Shown: one piece after another, positions 53,037-63,192 of the stretch
How the letters are laid out: every line of letters begins with the position of its first letter
Position numbering within the stretch: position 1 is the first letter of the stretch
Translations under genes and position numbers: made by a program
Assembly: GCA_018693315.1 (NCBI GenBank)
Contig: JABHLR010000004.1
Span: 34,138-98,137, forward strand
Length of the DNA stretch: 64,000 nucleotides
Direction: 5' to 3'
Origin: an archaeon
Lineage (GTDB): Archaea; Nanobdellota; Nanobdellia; Pacearchaeales; GW2011-AR1
Notes under the pieces: generated by a model
Database searches by the model: none
Seen by the model: the letters and a program-made list of their open reading frames with translations, nothing else
What the model was told of the DNA's origin: nothing

Positions 53037-53864
53037 AAATCTTCTGAATAGATTTGGGGAAAAGTTTGTCAATATCAAATAAGTTTTTGCCAACAAGAAA
53101 TTATTTTTAGATTGAATAGATTTTTTAAGATATATTTTAGCTTCATTGAAATTTCCATTTTTCAAAAATAATGAGCCAAGATTAAAATAATGGCCATGCA
53201 ACATCCCCCCCCTCTTCAGGTCAAACCTGTTTTTCTCGATAAAATACTTTTCAGATTCTATTTTTTTATCAATATCAGAACTAATTTGACCCTTGTGGAT
53301 ATAATGCTTGGCCAGAACCTTGTCAACAAAACACTTTTTATATTTTTTTAAAATTCTCTGGTACAAATCCCTATCCTCTGCGCACGTTAGTTTTTCATCA
53401 AAAAGGCCAACATCTTTCAAACACTTCGCCGTAACCATTACAGTAGATGTTCCGACACCATTGCGTTCCATTTTTTTGTTTCCGGACACATCAATATATT
53501 TCGTAGAACACAATCCTATTCTATTATCTTTCATCATCGCTTTCAACTGCAATTTGATCTTTGGGGAAAACCATTCATCATCATCATCAAGAAAAGCGAT
53601 ATATTTACCATTCGCTTTTTTTATACCGTCATTTCTTGTTGCTCCGGGATTGTGTGGATCGCGAGATTTATGGACATATTTTATGTTTTTGTACTTCTTC
53701 TTCAGTTTATCGACAACCTGCTTGGTGTTATCTTTAGAGAAATCATCAATAACAATAATTTCCATATTCCCATATGTTTGACTCACTACGCTTAAAATCG
53801 CCTTTTTTAGAAGAGCGGCCCGATTATGAGTAGGGATTATTACACTTACAAGAGCTTCTTTCAT
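53016..53864 (-). CDS. family 2 glycosyltransferase with C-terminal TPR-like region
   Basis: VSVIIPTHNR, IIVIDDFSKDNT and FLDDDDEW motifs. Tail has NLGSLFLKNGNFNEAKIYLKKSI. Confidence 0.85.
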   Translation of the reverse strand: MKEALVSVIIPTHNRAALLKKAILSVVSQTYGNMEIIVIDDFSKDNTKQVVDKLKKKYKNIKYVHKSRDPHNPGATRNDGIKKANGKYIAFLDDDDEWFSPKIKLQLKAMMKDNRIGLCSTKYIDVSGNKKMERNGVGTSTVMVTAKCLKDVGLFDEKLTCAEDRDLYQRILKKYKKCFVDKVLAKHYIHKGQISSDIDKKIESEKYFIEKNRFDLKRGGMLHGHYFNLGSLFLKNGNFNEAKIYLKKSIQSKNNFLLAKTYLILTNFSPNLFRRFLLKFGR

Positions 53865-54719
53865 TTATTTTCTCCCAGCCACAACAGCCATGGATGACCC
53901 CTGATTTATCAAAAATCCAATTATCGATAATGGCATAAACAACACAGTATAAAAAAATCCACCAACACTTTTATGCAAACTTCTTGCCCTAAAATTCGCG
54001 ACAGGGCCCTCTATCTTGAATGGCGTCCTAAAAAATGTAATTTTCTGAAAGCCATGCCCGGATAAAAGATTTTTTATTGTTTTTTTAGAAAATTGAAACA
54101 GATGCGCAGGAGGGTCCGCATGTGTCCAAATCCCAAAAAGCTGAGAAAAATTCTTAGACACCCTGGGAGATAATCCCCCAGAATTAGGAGTAGTGAGAAC
54201 AAGAACACCATTTTTCTTTAGAAAACTCTTCAGAATACCTATGGTTTTTTTTGGATCAGGAACGTGTTCGATATAATCACCCAAATGAATAACATCAAAT
54301 TCTTCTTTAGGGTAAGAGTTCTCAGCAATCACACCCTCTTTAACATCAAGTCCAAAATCATCTCTCGCAACCTTAAGTGCGTCTTTGGATATATCTAGCC
54401 CCCTAACATCCCACCCGTCCTTTTTTGCAAAATCCAAAAGAAGTCCAACGGAGCAACCAACATCAAGGAGCTCCCCCTTTTGTCCGTGTTTGTTTATAAA
54501 TTTCAATTGAGCCATTGCCCGCTCAATATCCCTTTTTTTCTTGGCGGCATTTTTTCGATATCCATTCTCAAAGGAATACAAATTTTTCATTTCTTTTTTG
54601 GACGGAGGATTTCTGAGATAAACCAATCCGCAGTTCAAACACTCTACAACTAAGTACCCATTATCTGAAATTATTTTTTTAAATTCCTTGGCGCCACAAA
54701 GATTGCATTTATTCACCAC
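53865..54719 (-). CDS. class I SAM-dependent methyltransferase with N-terminal zinc ribbon
   Basis: CNLCGAKEF..CLNCGLVY, then LLDVGCSVGLLL (motif I). Confidence 0.8.
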   Translation of the reverse strand: MVNKCNLCGAKEFKKIISDNGYLVVECLNCGLVYLRNPPSKKEMKNLYSFENGYRKNAAKKKRDIERAMAQLKFINKHGQKGELLDVGCSVGLLLDFAKKDGWDVRGLDISKDALKVARDDFGLDVKEGVIAENSYPKEEFDVIHLGDYIEHVPDPKKTIGILKSFLKKNGVLVLTTPNSGGLSPRVSKNFSQLFGIWTHADPPAHLFQFSKKTIKNLLSGHGFQKITFFRTPFKIEGPVANFRARSLHKSVGGFFYTVLFMPLSIIGFLINQGSSMAVVAGRK

Positions 54720-55674
54720 AAGAACTCCTTTTCATGTGCTTCAAAATATTTTTTATCCTTTTGATATTAAAATCAAAAACACCCCTACGTGCAACACTAG
54801 ACAATTCATTCAGCAACAAGTAAAAACAAATATCTTCCCTAACCACGGCAGGATATATTTTCAACAAGCGAGAAAAATCTTCATTTCCTAAAAGATCCTC
54901 CTCTTCTCTAAAAAAAGAAGCCAAATCCCGAATCACCAAATCTTTTTCAAAGCCAGCGTCATCAGACCAGTCAATAAAAACATAGGAATCATCCTTCATT
55001 AAAATTTGCTCTTTAGAAAAAGATCCATGAAGATCTGAAAAAATTAAATCCTTATCTTTCTTTCCCAGGTCACTTAGCAGTTTTTCTATAAATCTACTTT
55101 TTACTTTTTTCTTCCTGATTTTTTCAGCCAAAAATTTTATATGTTTTTTAGAATTAATTTTCTTAAATCCTCTTTCCTTATACCAGGAATAAATTCTCTT
55201 AAAAACACCAATGTCATCATCACCCTTATACTCTTCAAGAAGTTCTTCGGTCATAAAAGGAATTTTTTTATTTATAGAAAATACCGCCGGAGAATATCCC
55301 TCTTCCCCCCTTTTCTTTTTAAAATTAGCCCAGTCCATAAAATCTTTTTTCAGGTGTTTATATCTCAATAAAGATAAAACCGTATTTTTATCCAAATTAA
55401 AACATTTAACACTATTGGCGACAAAGACGACATCACCAAATTCTTCGGCGAGTTTAATTTTTTTCAAGAATGGCTGCAATAGCCCAATTTTTATTAAAAA
55501 ATAAACAATTCTTTTTGGAAAAGAGTTAAATTTAATTTTAATAAAATCAATAGCTTTTTTATTATTTTTAAAATAAATCTCTCGCAAGTTATCTCGATTA
55601 GTAAGTATGCAAAATTCTTCAGATGAGGTGTTCTTAAAATCCTTAGACAGTTCCTTTATTCTTTTTTCAAACAT
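54709..55674 (-). CDS. kinase-like (APH/choline-kinase fold) protein
   Basis: LIFSDLHGSFSKEQILMKDDSYVFIDWSDD resembles the HxDxxxxN...IDW catalytic/activation segment of the aminoglycoside/choline kinase family. Start trimmed to MFEKRIK. Confidence 0.45.
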   Translation of the reverse strand: MFEKRIKELSKDFKNTSSEEFCILTNRDNLREIYFKNNKKAIDFIKIKFNSFPKRIVYFLIKIGLLQPFLKKIKLAEEFGDVVFVANSVKCFNLDKNTVLSLLRYKHLKKDFMDWANFKKKRGEEGYSPAVFSINKKIPFMTEELLEEYKGDDDIGVFKRIYSWYKERGFKKINSKKHIKFLAEKIRKKKVKSRFIEKLLSDLGKKDKDLIFSDLHGSFSKEQILMKDDSYVFIDWSDDAGFEKDLVIRDLASFFREEEDLLGNEDFSRLLKIYPAVVREDICFYLLLNELSSVARRGVFDFNIKRIKNILKHMKRSSCGE

Positions 55675-55867
55675 TTTACCAACTAAAGCCCATACTAACG
55701 AGCAAAGCCCTCCCTGACAAAACCAAAAATCCCATATCAAACAAAATGGGATTCATTATAAAAACTTATCCCTTGCCAAAACAGGTTTCGAGAAGAACAG
55801 CATAAACATTAAAAAGCCGACTATATATTAACTAAGAGTTTAAATTTAAACAAAACAAAACATTAAA

Positions 55868-56629
55868 ATGTCAACCAAAGCAAAAGCATATGTATGGAGA
55901 GCGCCAAAAATTTTCGAAGCGTATAAACTATACGGCAAACACGGATTTTACAAAAGCCTGTTGTTTTCTACAATTTTTTACCCAATCCCAGTATTACTAA
56001 AACTTCCAACGGTAAAAATTAGGAAATATAAAAACAGGCTCCTTAGAAAAGAGGTTGTTAATTATCTTGATAAAAAAAAGGGAATAAAGGTTCCAGAGGT
56101 AAGCGGGCCATTTGCGCTTATGGGGCTAGTAGAAATATTTCTCATGAGGTTGTATGATTTTTTCGATGTAACAAAAAACGACACAGTATATGATCTTGGA
56201 GCAACGGTGGGAGAATATAGTTTAAAATGCGCAAAAATGGGAGCGAATGTGGTCGCGGTTGAACTAGAAGAGGATCCTTATCTTTCAATGAAAAAGAATA
56301 TTACTGCAAACAAGTTTGAACAAAAAATAATTCCATTCAATTGTCGAGTAGATGGAAAAGAAAATTCTATAGACGCGTTTGCAAAAAAGACAAATACAAT
56401 CCCAACAATTATAAAAATGGACATTGAGGGCGATGAGGAAAAAGCACTTGAAGGCGCGAAAAACACATTAAGAAAACATAAGCCAAAAATAATACTAGAG
56501 ACACATTCAAAAAAACTAGAGGAAGGATGTATGTCTATACTTGGACCAGAGGGATACAGAATCCTAAAGAAGATTGATATGGGTGCCAAAAATAAAGAAA
56601 CAAATCTATTGTTCGTAAGCGCAGAATAA
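55868..56629 (+). CDS. FkbM-family methyltransferase
   Basis: VYDLGATVGEYSL and IIKMDIEGDEEKALEGA motifs. TTTAAATT box 22 nt before the ATG. Confidence 0.8.
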   Translation: MSTKAKAYVWRAPKIFEAYKLYGKHGFYKSLLFSTIFYPIPVLLKLPTVKIRKYKNRLLRKEVVNYLDKKKGIKVPEVSGPFALMGLVEIFLMRLYDFFDVTKNDTVYDLGATVGEYSLKCAKMGANVVAVELEEDPYLSMKKNITANKFEQKIIPFNCRVDGKENSIDAFAKKTNTIPTIIKMDIEGDEEKALEGAKNTLRKHKPKIILETHSKKLEEGCMSILGPEGYRILKKIDMGAKNKETNLLFVSAE

Positions 56630-56630
56630 A

Positions 56631-57704
56631 TCACCTTTTAGTCATATCTTCAAAAACCTTTTCATAAATTTCCATGTGCTTCTCTATGCATTTATCCCAA
56701 GATAGCTCCTTAGCCCGAAGCCTAGCTTTTTTTTGATATCCAGATCTCAGCTTTTTATCCAATATTAGTTTTTTTATTGCACCATAAAAACCATTCACAG
56801 AATTCTCAACAAGCACACCACCATTACCAATAACACCAGGCAGGGACGCCACATTACTCGAAACCACAGCGCAGCCAGAAGCCATAGCTTCTAAGGGAAT
56901 CAGCCCAAAACCTTCATTATCCGTTTTATATACAAAAATATCCGAATCGCGATAATATTTTGGAAGTTCTTTATCGCCGACAAAACCCTTAAGCTTTATA
57001 CCATTGATTTTTTTAAGATCGGCAGTTTCTTCGGGACGCATACGCCCGCCAAGAGTAATATTAACACTCTTGCCAAATTTATCGGCAATTTTTTTAAAAA
57101 CATCACTTAAATCTGGATCAAGATTTCCGAGTATTCTAATATTTATCACACTCTTCTTTTTGGTTTTGGGATAAAACCTTTCCAGGTCGACGCCAAGGGG
57201 GATTGTTATAATCTTTTTGGCAAGATTAGGAAAACTTTTTTTTAACATATCACCAGTATTATCAGACACTACAATTATGTATTTCGCATGATTCAGGCGA
57301 TTGTACAAAACCCTAAATACAATATTAAAAGGAAATCGAGAGTCAAGAGGGCACATATCATGCACGGTAACAACAGAAGGGCGATTGAGAAAGCTAACAA
57401 CAGCGCCGATTCTCTCATCAAAGGAATGTAATATTTCAGAACGACCTCGGAACATCAACTTAAAAAATAACGGAACATAGTACCCAAGCCCGGCGAGCAA
57501 TCTAATTTTTGTTTTGATAGTTTTTACCTTTAAGACATCCTTAGAATCATAAGGTGCAGTGTCCCTTAGGAATAATTTTGCGTCAATACCAGCTTTATTT
57601 TTAACGCCCTCAAATATTTTTGTGATATACAAACCTTTTCCAGAAGCACCATAGCTTTCACCCAAAATTGCTACATTTTTTGAGGCAGGATTTTTATGAA
57701 CCAT
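56631..57704 (-). CDS. GT4 (GT-B, glycos_transf_1) glycosyltransferase
   Basis: YKTDNEGFGLIPLEAMASGCAVVSSN (E-x7-E region). Start trimmed to MVHKNPAS. Confidence 0.85.
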   Translation of the reverse strand: MVHKNPASKNVAILGESYGASGKGLYITKIFEGVKNKAGIDAKLFLRDTAPYDSKDVLKVKTIKTKIRLLAGLGYYVPLFFKLMFRGRSEILHSFDERIGAVVSFLNRPSVVTVHDMCPLDSRFPFNIVFRVLYNRLNHAKYIIVVSDNTGDMLKKSFPNLAKKIITIPLGVDLERFYPKTKKKSVINIRILGNLDPDLSDVFKKIADKFGKSVNITLGGRMRPEETADLKKINGIKLKGFVGDKELPKYYRDSDIFVYKTDNEGFGLIPLEAMASGCAVVSSNVASLPGVIGNGGVLVENSVNGFYGAIKKLILDKKLRSGYQKKARLRAKELSWDKCIEKHMEIYEKVFEDMTKR

Positions 57705-58599
57705 TCTTATAATACTTCCCCAAAAACCCAACAAGCTCCTTGGCTTTGTCTTTCCAGGTAAATTTATTTTCAATCAGCCAATCCCGATAATTAATCTTCA
57801 CAGGTTTTTTTATTATTTTCTCAACCTCTTTAGGCATATCATCATCATCCGATATTTTATCAAAAGGAAGAAAGGATCCAGCCCCCCTTTTATTTCCAAT
57901 CACAATTGGAACACCGGCAGCCATAGCCTCCAGCCACGCCAGATTAAATCCAGCAGTACGCGGGATATCAACAAACACCTTACATTTATTATAAAACTCA
58001 TTCATCTTTTCCGGACGAATTCCCTCGGCAACACAGAACTTTAATTTTACATTTTTACAAACACCATCAAGCTCATCCCTGGAAATCAACTCGATATCTT
58101 TATCAATCCATCCCAAGCAGGACCTTTTCTTTTTCATCGGTTTAAACTTCTTCAGATTAACACCACGATATATTAATTTCGCCTTAGGAAAAATTTCCTT
58201 AAGCTGATCTCCAATCACAACCAATTTCTTTCCAAATATTCTACCAGTAAACCTCTGCAAGAATTTTTGATGCCACTGGACAAGCTCAGGATGTTTCCCA
58301 GACTTCACACCACAAAAACAACAAAAATGCTTCTTCCAAAAAATAGGATACGGAAAAATGAGAGGTATAGCACAACTATAATCCTGCGTATAAATAAAAT
58401 CATAATTATTCTTTTCCATAAGCTCAGAAACTTTTTTCCTCATCGGAAAAACACTCTTGGCCAAAGAAAAAATCTTAAGGTCATCCTCCCTAGAAAGAAT
58501 ATCAACTTCATGCCCCATCTCCCTTAGCGCCTCAGCTATTTCTCCATTAGCCCGGCCAACACCGCCAGATTTCCGCAGCAAAACAATAAGTATTTTCAT
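57694..58599 (-). CDS. GT-B fold glycosyltransferase (short)
   Basis: MKILIVLLRKSGGVGRANGEIAEAL N-terminus and AGFNLAWLEAMAAGVPIV. Confidence 0.7.
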   Translation of the reverse strand: MKILIVLLRKSGGVGRANGEIAEALREMGHEVDILSREDDLKIFSLAKSVFPMRKKVSELMEKNNYDFIYTQDYSCAIPLIFPYPIFWKKHFCCFCGVKSGKHPELVQWHQKFLQRFTGRIFGKKLVVIGDQLKEIFPKAKLIYRGVNLKKFKPMKKKRSCLGWIDKDIELISRDELDGVCKNVKLKFCVAEGIRPEKMNEFYNKCKVFVDIPRTAGFNLAWLEAMAAGVPIVIGNKRGAGSFLPFDKISDDDDMPKEVEKIIKKPVKINYRDWLIENKFTWKDKAKELVGFLGKYYKNGS

Positions 58600-58622
58600 C
58601 CTAAATCTATTTCACAACTTTG

Positions 58623-59525
58623 CTATTTAAAAGTTGCTCCCAAAATATAACTAACCCTTTTCGTCATAAGAAGAATCGGAACCCAAAATAACGAAGAGAT
58701 TTTTCCAGTTCTCGCGAATAACTTAAATGCATATAACTCCAATATTAATAGCGGAACAAGAACGAGAGCCAAGCCCAAAAATGGATACACAAAAAGAGAC
58801 GCAATAAAAATAAAAAGATAAGCCCAAAATCCAAGAACCATAACAAGATTCTTTTTAATAGTCGATTTTACCAAATTGCCTTGAACTCTATCGCCTCGCC
58901 CATATCGATAATACTGAAGAGAAAATTTAGATAGCGTTGGTCGCATTTCCCAAGACACCTGCCTCTTAGGGTTTATCGCAATTTTATAACCCTTTTCGGC
59001 AAAATTAATCATAAGTCGATTGTCCTCTCCAGTCAAACTCTTTTCAGGATATCCGCCAACCGCGTTAAAACATTTTTTCTTAAAAGCAACATTTCTCGAA
59101 GACATCCTAGAGGGTCGGTCAACTTTTTTGATTGTTATGAGCCCCTGAAAATATTCAAAATTATTTTTTACTAAAGCCTTATAGCTTCCGGCTACAACAT
59201 CTTCTTTTGGGAAAAACTTCAAGGTATCCTTAGCCCAATCCTTATTAACAACACACCCAGCATCAGAAATTAACATAACTTCCCCACTCGCCTTATCAAT
59301 TGCAATATTCCGCCCCTTCGCAATATTCACACCCTTATCCTGGTAAACTTTTACTAAGTCATATTTTTTATCATATTCGAGAAGAGTTTCATACGTTCCA
59401 TCCGTAGAGCCACCGTCAACGATAATAATTTCATCAGGCTGCCGACTTTGATTTAATATAGAATCAATAAATTTTCCTATATTCCCCCCCTCGTTAAGAA
59501 CAGTAGTTATGAAGGAGGCCTTCAT
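58623..59525 (-). CDS. family 2 glycosyltransferase with C-terminal TM helices
   Basis: IIIVDGGSTDGT and LISDAGC motifs, plus C-terminal hydrophobic helices. Confidence 0.8.
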   Translation of the reverse strand: MKASFITTVLNEGGNIGKFIDSILNQSRQPDEIIIVDGGSTDGTYETLLEYDKKYDLVKVYQDKGVNIAKGRNIAIDKASGEVMLISDAGCVVNKDWAKDTLKFFPKEDVVAGSYKALVKNNFEYFQGLITIKKVDRPSRMSSRNVAFKKKCFNAVGGYPEKSLTGEDNRLMINFAEKGYKIAINPKRQVSWEMRPTLSKFSLQYYRYGRGDRVQGNLVKSTIKKNLVMVLGFWAYLFIFIASLFVYPFLGLALVLVPLLILELYAFKLFARTGKISSLFWVPILLMTKRVSYILGATFK

Positions 59526-60658
59526 TCAAGCGCTTCCTCGTAGATTTCTCTCAGCCTCTTATTTCTACAATTAATATTAAGCTTATTATTCACATCTTCA
59601 ATCTTCGCCCTAGCAGTCTTCCCCATTTTCTCTCTCAATTCACTATCTTCAATCAATATAGACAATTTTTCAACCAGCTGCTTAACAATATTCATATTAA
59701 CCTTACGAATATCTTTATTATACTGGTCAACCCTATCATAGTAATTCTCGTGAGTTAAGTTCGTCTTTATCAAAAAGCCAGTCACTCCATCATCTACCAA
59801 CTCAGGAACTGTAAAACTTGTGGTCGCGACGATAGGTAAACCTGCAGACATAGCCTCCAGAAAGACAACACCATAATTATCTTTATTTGTAGGCATAACA
59901 TAAACATCAGCAGTAAGATACATCTTATCAAACAACTCATCTCTTGAAAGATGCTTGCTTGTTACATGCTCAAACCCAGGAAGACTCTTGGCAAAATCTT
60001 CCCACTTGGGAGGAAGTGTACCCTTGTATCTAAAAACAAGATTATCATACTTCTTTGTTAGAATCTCATAAGCCTTCAGCATGTGAGTCATTCCTTTTCC
60101 ATAGAAGCTTTTTCCAAGAAGAGACAGGACAACCTTCCCATCATTTCTCTCAACTTTCTTTTTGTCACAAGGTCTTATCGCAAGATAAAGAACCTCAACC
60201 TTATCCTTAATTTTCGCATAATTCTTAGGCCCAATCGCACGAACAAAACTCCTTCTTGCTGCATCACTCTGAGGAAGAATCCTCTTGCATTTTTTAGACA
60301 TCAAGGAATTCATAATTATTTTCCTAACAACAGGGCTTTGGATAGCCTTCCAGTTAAAACTAGTAAATATGTGCCCACATTCTAAGTCAACAATCCAAGG
60401 CTTTTTTTGCATTACCTGTATGATACCTCTAGTAGAGTGAACGACATCAGCATCAGTTTTTGTATGAGCCATCCTAGGAATTGGCAAAATTTTCATTAAT
60501 CTTTTATGCCAAGTTATCCGATTCTCACAAACCCAACCATGATATTTAGCTTTTATTCTATTGACTTTATACTGCACACCCTCAGGAGGATTATCTATAA
60601 CTTCATCAAACTGCGGATGTGGACTCGCGAGAAGCTGAACCTTTATTTTTTTCTTCAT
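59522..60658 (-). CDS. GT4 glycosyltransferase
   Basis: MPTNKDNYGVVFLEAMSAGLPIVATT (E-x7-E region). Confidence 0.85.
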   Translation of the reverse strand: MKKKIKVQLLASPHPQFDEVIDNPPEGVQYKVNRIKAKYHGWVCENRITWHKRLMKILPIPRMAHTKTDADVVHSTRGIIQVMQKKPWIVDLECGHIFTSFNWKAIQSPVVRKIIMNSLMSKKCKRILPQSDAARRSFVRAIGPKNYAKIKDKVEVLYLAIRPCDKKKVERNDGKVVLSLLGKSFYGKGMTHMLKAYEILTKKYDNLVFRYKGTLPPKWEDFAKSLPGFEHVTSKHLSRDELFDKMYLTADVYVMPTNKDNYGVVFLEAMSAGLPIVATTSFTVPELVDDGVTGFLIKTNLTHENYYDRVDQYNKDIRKVNMNIVKQLVEKLSILIEDSELREKMGKTARAKIEDVNNKLNINCRNKRLREIYEEALE

Positions 60659-61161
60659 TTTTTCTTCACCACCTTAAATTTAAAATAAACTTCATACTTT
60701 AGAAAAGGGAATAGGTAAAAAAACAACTTTGTCAACTTAGACGGATTCCTTTTTAGATTAACCAACTTCAAGTCAGCATAGTATTCTCGCAAACCATCCT
60801 CTTTTAGCTGATCGAAACTATGCCAGGAGAAAGTTCTGTAATGATCACAATTAGTTCTTTGCCCAACATTATCAAACGGGAGCTTCATCTCTAAAACACA
60901 TCCATTTTTTGAAACTCTAGCAATTTCATTAAGAACAAATTTCCAATATTGTGGTCTTATGTGCTCCAAGCAATGATAAGAATATATCTGGCTAAAAGAA
61001 TTGTCGGGAAAAGGCAAACCCTCCTCTATGTTAACTACAAAATCAGGTTTCACTTCAGATGCCTTATCGATATTAACAACACCACTCATTTTATTCCAAC
61101 CACAACCAATTTGCAACTTATCGTATTTCGGTTTTTTATATGCAGATTTCTTCATGCACAT
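60655..61161 (-). CDS. small SAM-dependent methyltransferase-like protein
   Basis: 168 aa. KLQIGCGWNK..VNID..FSQIYSYHCLEHI resembles the Methyltransf_11-like core. Confidence 0.55.
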   Translation of the reverse strand: MCMKKSAYKKPKYDKLQIGCGWNKMSGVVNIDKASEVKPDFVVNIEEGLPFPDNSFSQIYSYHCLEHIRPQYWKFVLNEIARVSKNGCVLEMKLPFDNVGQRTNCDHYRTFSWHSFDQLKEDGLREYYADLKLVNLKRNPSKLTKLFFYLFPFLKYEVYFKFKVVKKK

Positions 61162-61205
61162 TCAAAAAACAAGAGCTTTATAAATTTAATTACTGTGATA
61201 CAGGG

Positions 61206-62060
61206 ATGAAAACACAAAAAGGAATCTCAGGAATTATCGTTGTTCACAACGAAGACGGAATTATCGAAGAGGCACTCGTTAGCCTAAAGGGGGCAGTAGA
61301 TGAAATCATAGTCATACACGACGGGCCATGCTCCGACAATACAGTGAAAATTGCAAAAAAATACACAAAGAAAGTTTACATAACAAAACACAAAGGACGT
61401 TCAGCGTTCAATTTTATAACAGCGTTAGGAAAAACAAAATATGATTGGATATTTAAGCTCGACGCTGATGAGTCATTATCTGAAGATTTAAGAAAAAATG
61501 TAAAAAAACTTATCCAAGAAAAAAATATCGACGCCTTTAGTTTCATACACCCATTATGGAATGGGAAAAGAGCCTTCACAAAAACCTGGCCAAGAAAATC
61601 AGTCCTTGTTAGAAAATCCAAAATATCATACCTAGCATTTCCTGGGTTCGACGCAAACATTTCAACCACAGGAAATGAAAAAAGAACCAATTATGTTATT
61701 TATCATAAGCCAGTAAAAAATCAAGACGTTGGGTGGAAGGGATTTAAAGAAAAGGTAATAAACAGATATGCACCAAGCCAAGCTAGATTCTTACTCAAAG
61801 ATTTCAAAGAATTTGAAACTTATCAATACCCAGGAAAAGATTTCCCATTAAGGATAAGGATAAGAAGGCATTTCCCAATTTTCACAAACTTCGCATTTTC
61901 AATTTTGGCATTTTTTAAGCAAATGTTTTTTGAGGGAGCATGGAGGGAAGGCTTAGCAGGATTTAATGTGGCGGCTAAAACATTAGTCTACAACATATAC
62001 TTAGGATTTTTAATACAAGAAGAAAAGTGGAAACAAAAAAGAGAAGCTAGTTCAAAATAG
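61206..62060 (+). CDS. family 2 glycosyltransferase
   Basis: ISGIIVVHNEDG, IIVIHDGPCSDNT and KLDADE motifs. Start set to MKTQKG. Confidence 0.8.
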   Translation: MKTQKGISGIIVVHNEDGIIEEALVSLKGAVDEIIVIHDGPCSDNTVKIAKKYTKKVYITKHKGRSAFNFITALGKTKYDWIFKLDADESLSEDLRKNVKKLIQEKNIDAFSFIHPLWNGKRAFTKTWPRKSVLVRKSKISYLAFPGFDANISTTGNEKRTNYVIYHKPVKNQDVGWKGFKEKVINRYAPSQARFLLKDFKEFETYQYPGKDFPLRIRIRRHFPIFTNFAFSILAFFKQMFFEGAWREGLAGFNVAAKTLVYNIYLGFLIQEEKWKQKREASSK

Positions 62061-63192
62061 AATTAATTTCTTCAATAAAGTTCTTAGTTTTAATTTTCTG
62101 AACTTTCTTGGGAGCCTTATATCCAGATACAAATTTACCCAAAGAACTTTCAATTTCACTAACCATTTCCTTCCGGTCATGCCGCTCTTTGATTTTATAG
62201 AATGCTTTGTTGTCTTTAATCAAATCAACATAACCACCCTCGTCAACAGCCAAAAGAGGTTTACCCAAAGCGAGAATTTCTAAAGGAACAATCCCAGCAT
62301 CCTCTTGGTATCCCAAGAAAATCCCAGCCATCGAACTCCCGATCAATTTCCCAAGCTCTTTATCAGGTAAATGATTTTTAATCTGTATAGAATTTTCATC
62401 TCCAACCAATTTGTGAAGCCGCTTCAAATACTTCTTGTTGTCAGGTGTCCCAACCAAGACCAACTCGTATCCAGGATGTTTTTTTACGAATCCTTTCCAC
62501 GCCTCTATTAAAAGATCCTGTCTCTTTGGTGGGTTAAGCCTCGAAACATAAAAAAACTGCTTCTTCTGTTTAGCCCGAGAGCCCTTCAATCTCTTAAAAT
62601 CAACCGGAGGAGAAACGACGTGACTTTTTTGCCCGCTTAATAAATTCCGTCTCTTTGCCCGAGAAAGAGTAAGTTCAGAATTAAATATAACAACATCTAA
62701 ATTTTTCCAAGCCATCTTCTCAAAAACCCGATAAACTTTTACGGCGGCAAGATACAAATACTTAGAAAAAAACTTCCCACGATAACGATTTTGCAAATTC
62801 CATTCTATGATTTTTTGATCAGCTTCTCTTAGTGGAGTATGCACATAGGCGTAAGCCTGGCCTTTTTTATAATTCCTAAAAGTAATAAATTCTGCTAAAC
62901 CAGAGGTAGAAATAAGAAATTTATCATAATTTTTCAGAGGAATCTTTTTCAAAAAACTCAAAGGAAAAAACAACCCACGTAAAAGATGACTTCTCGCCAG
63001 CCATCTAAAATATTTTGGGACTAAAACATTAATGTTATATTTTTTGAATTCAGGGAAAGTATTTTCAGGATCATAAGCCCAAGTATAAATATCAATATCA
63101 AATTTTTTCGACTTCGCAATTTCTAAAACAACTTTTTCAGCTCCACCCTGGCTTTTTATCCACGGGTGAAAAAGGGCAACCTTTTTTTTCAT
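62047..63192 (-). CDS. GT4 glycosyltransferase
   Basis: MKKKVALFHPWIKSQGGAEKV N-terminus and EDAGIVPLEILALGKPLLA. Confidence 0.8.
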   Translation of the reverse strand: MKKKVALFHPWIKSQGGAEKVVLEIAKSKKFDIDIYTWAYDPENTFPEFKKYNINVLVPKYFRWLARSHLLRGLFFPLSFLKKIPLKNYDKFLISTSGLAEFITFRNYKKGQAYAYVHTPLREADQKIIEWNLQNRYRGKFFSKYLYLAAVKVYRVFEKMAWKNLDVVIFNSELTLSRAKRRNLLSGQKSHVVSPPVDFKRLKGSRAKQKKQFFYVSRLNPPKRQDLLIEAWKGFVKKHPGYELVLVGTPDNKKYLKRLHKLVGDENSIQIKNHLPDKELGKLIGSSMAGIFLGYQEDAGIVPLEILALGKPLLAVDEGGYVDLIKDNKAFYKIKERHDRKEMVSEIESSLGKFVSGYKAPKKVQKIKTKNFIEEINSILN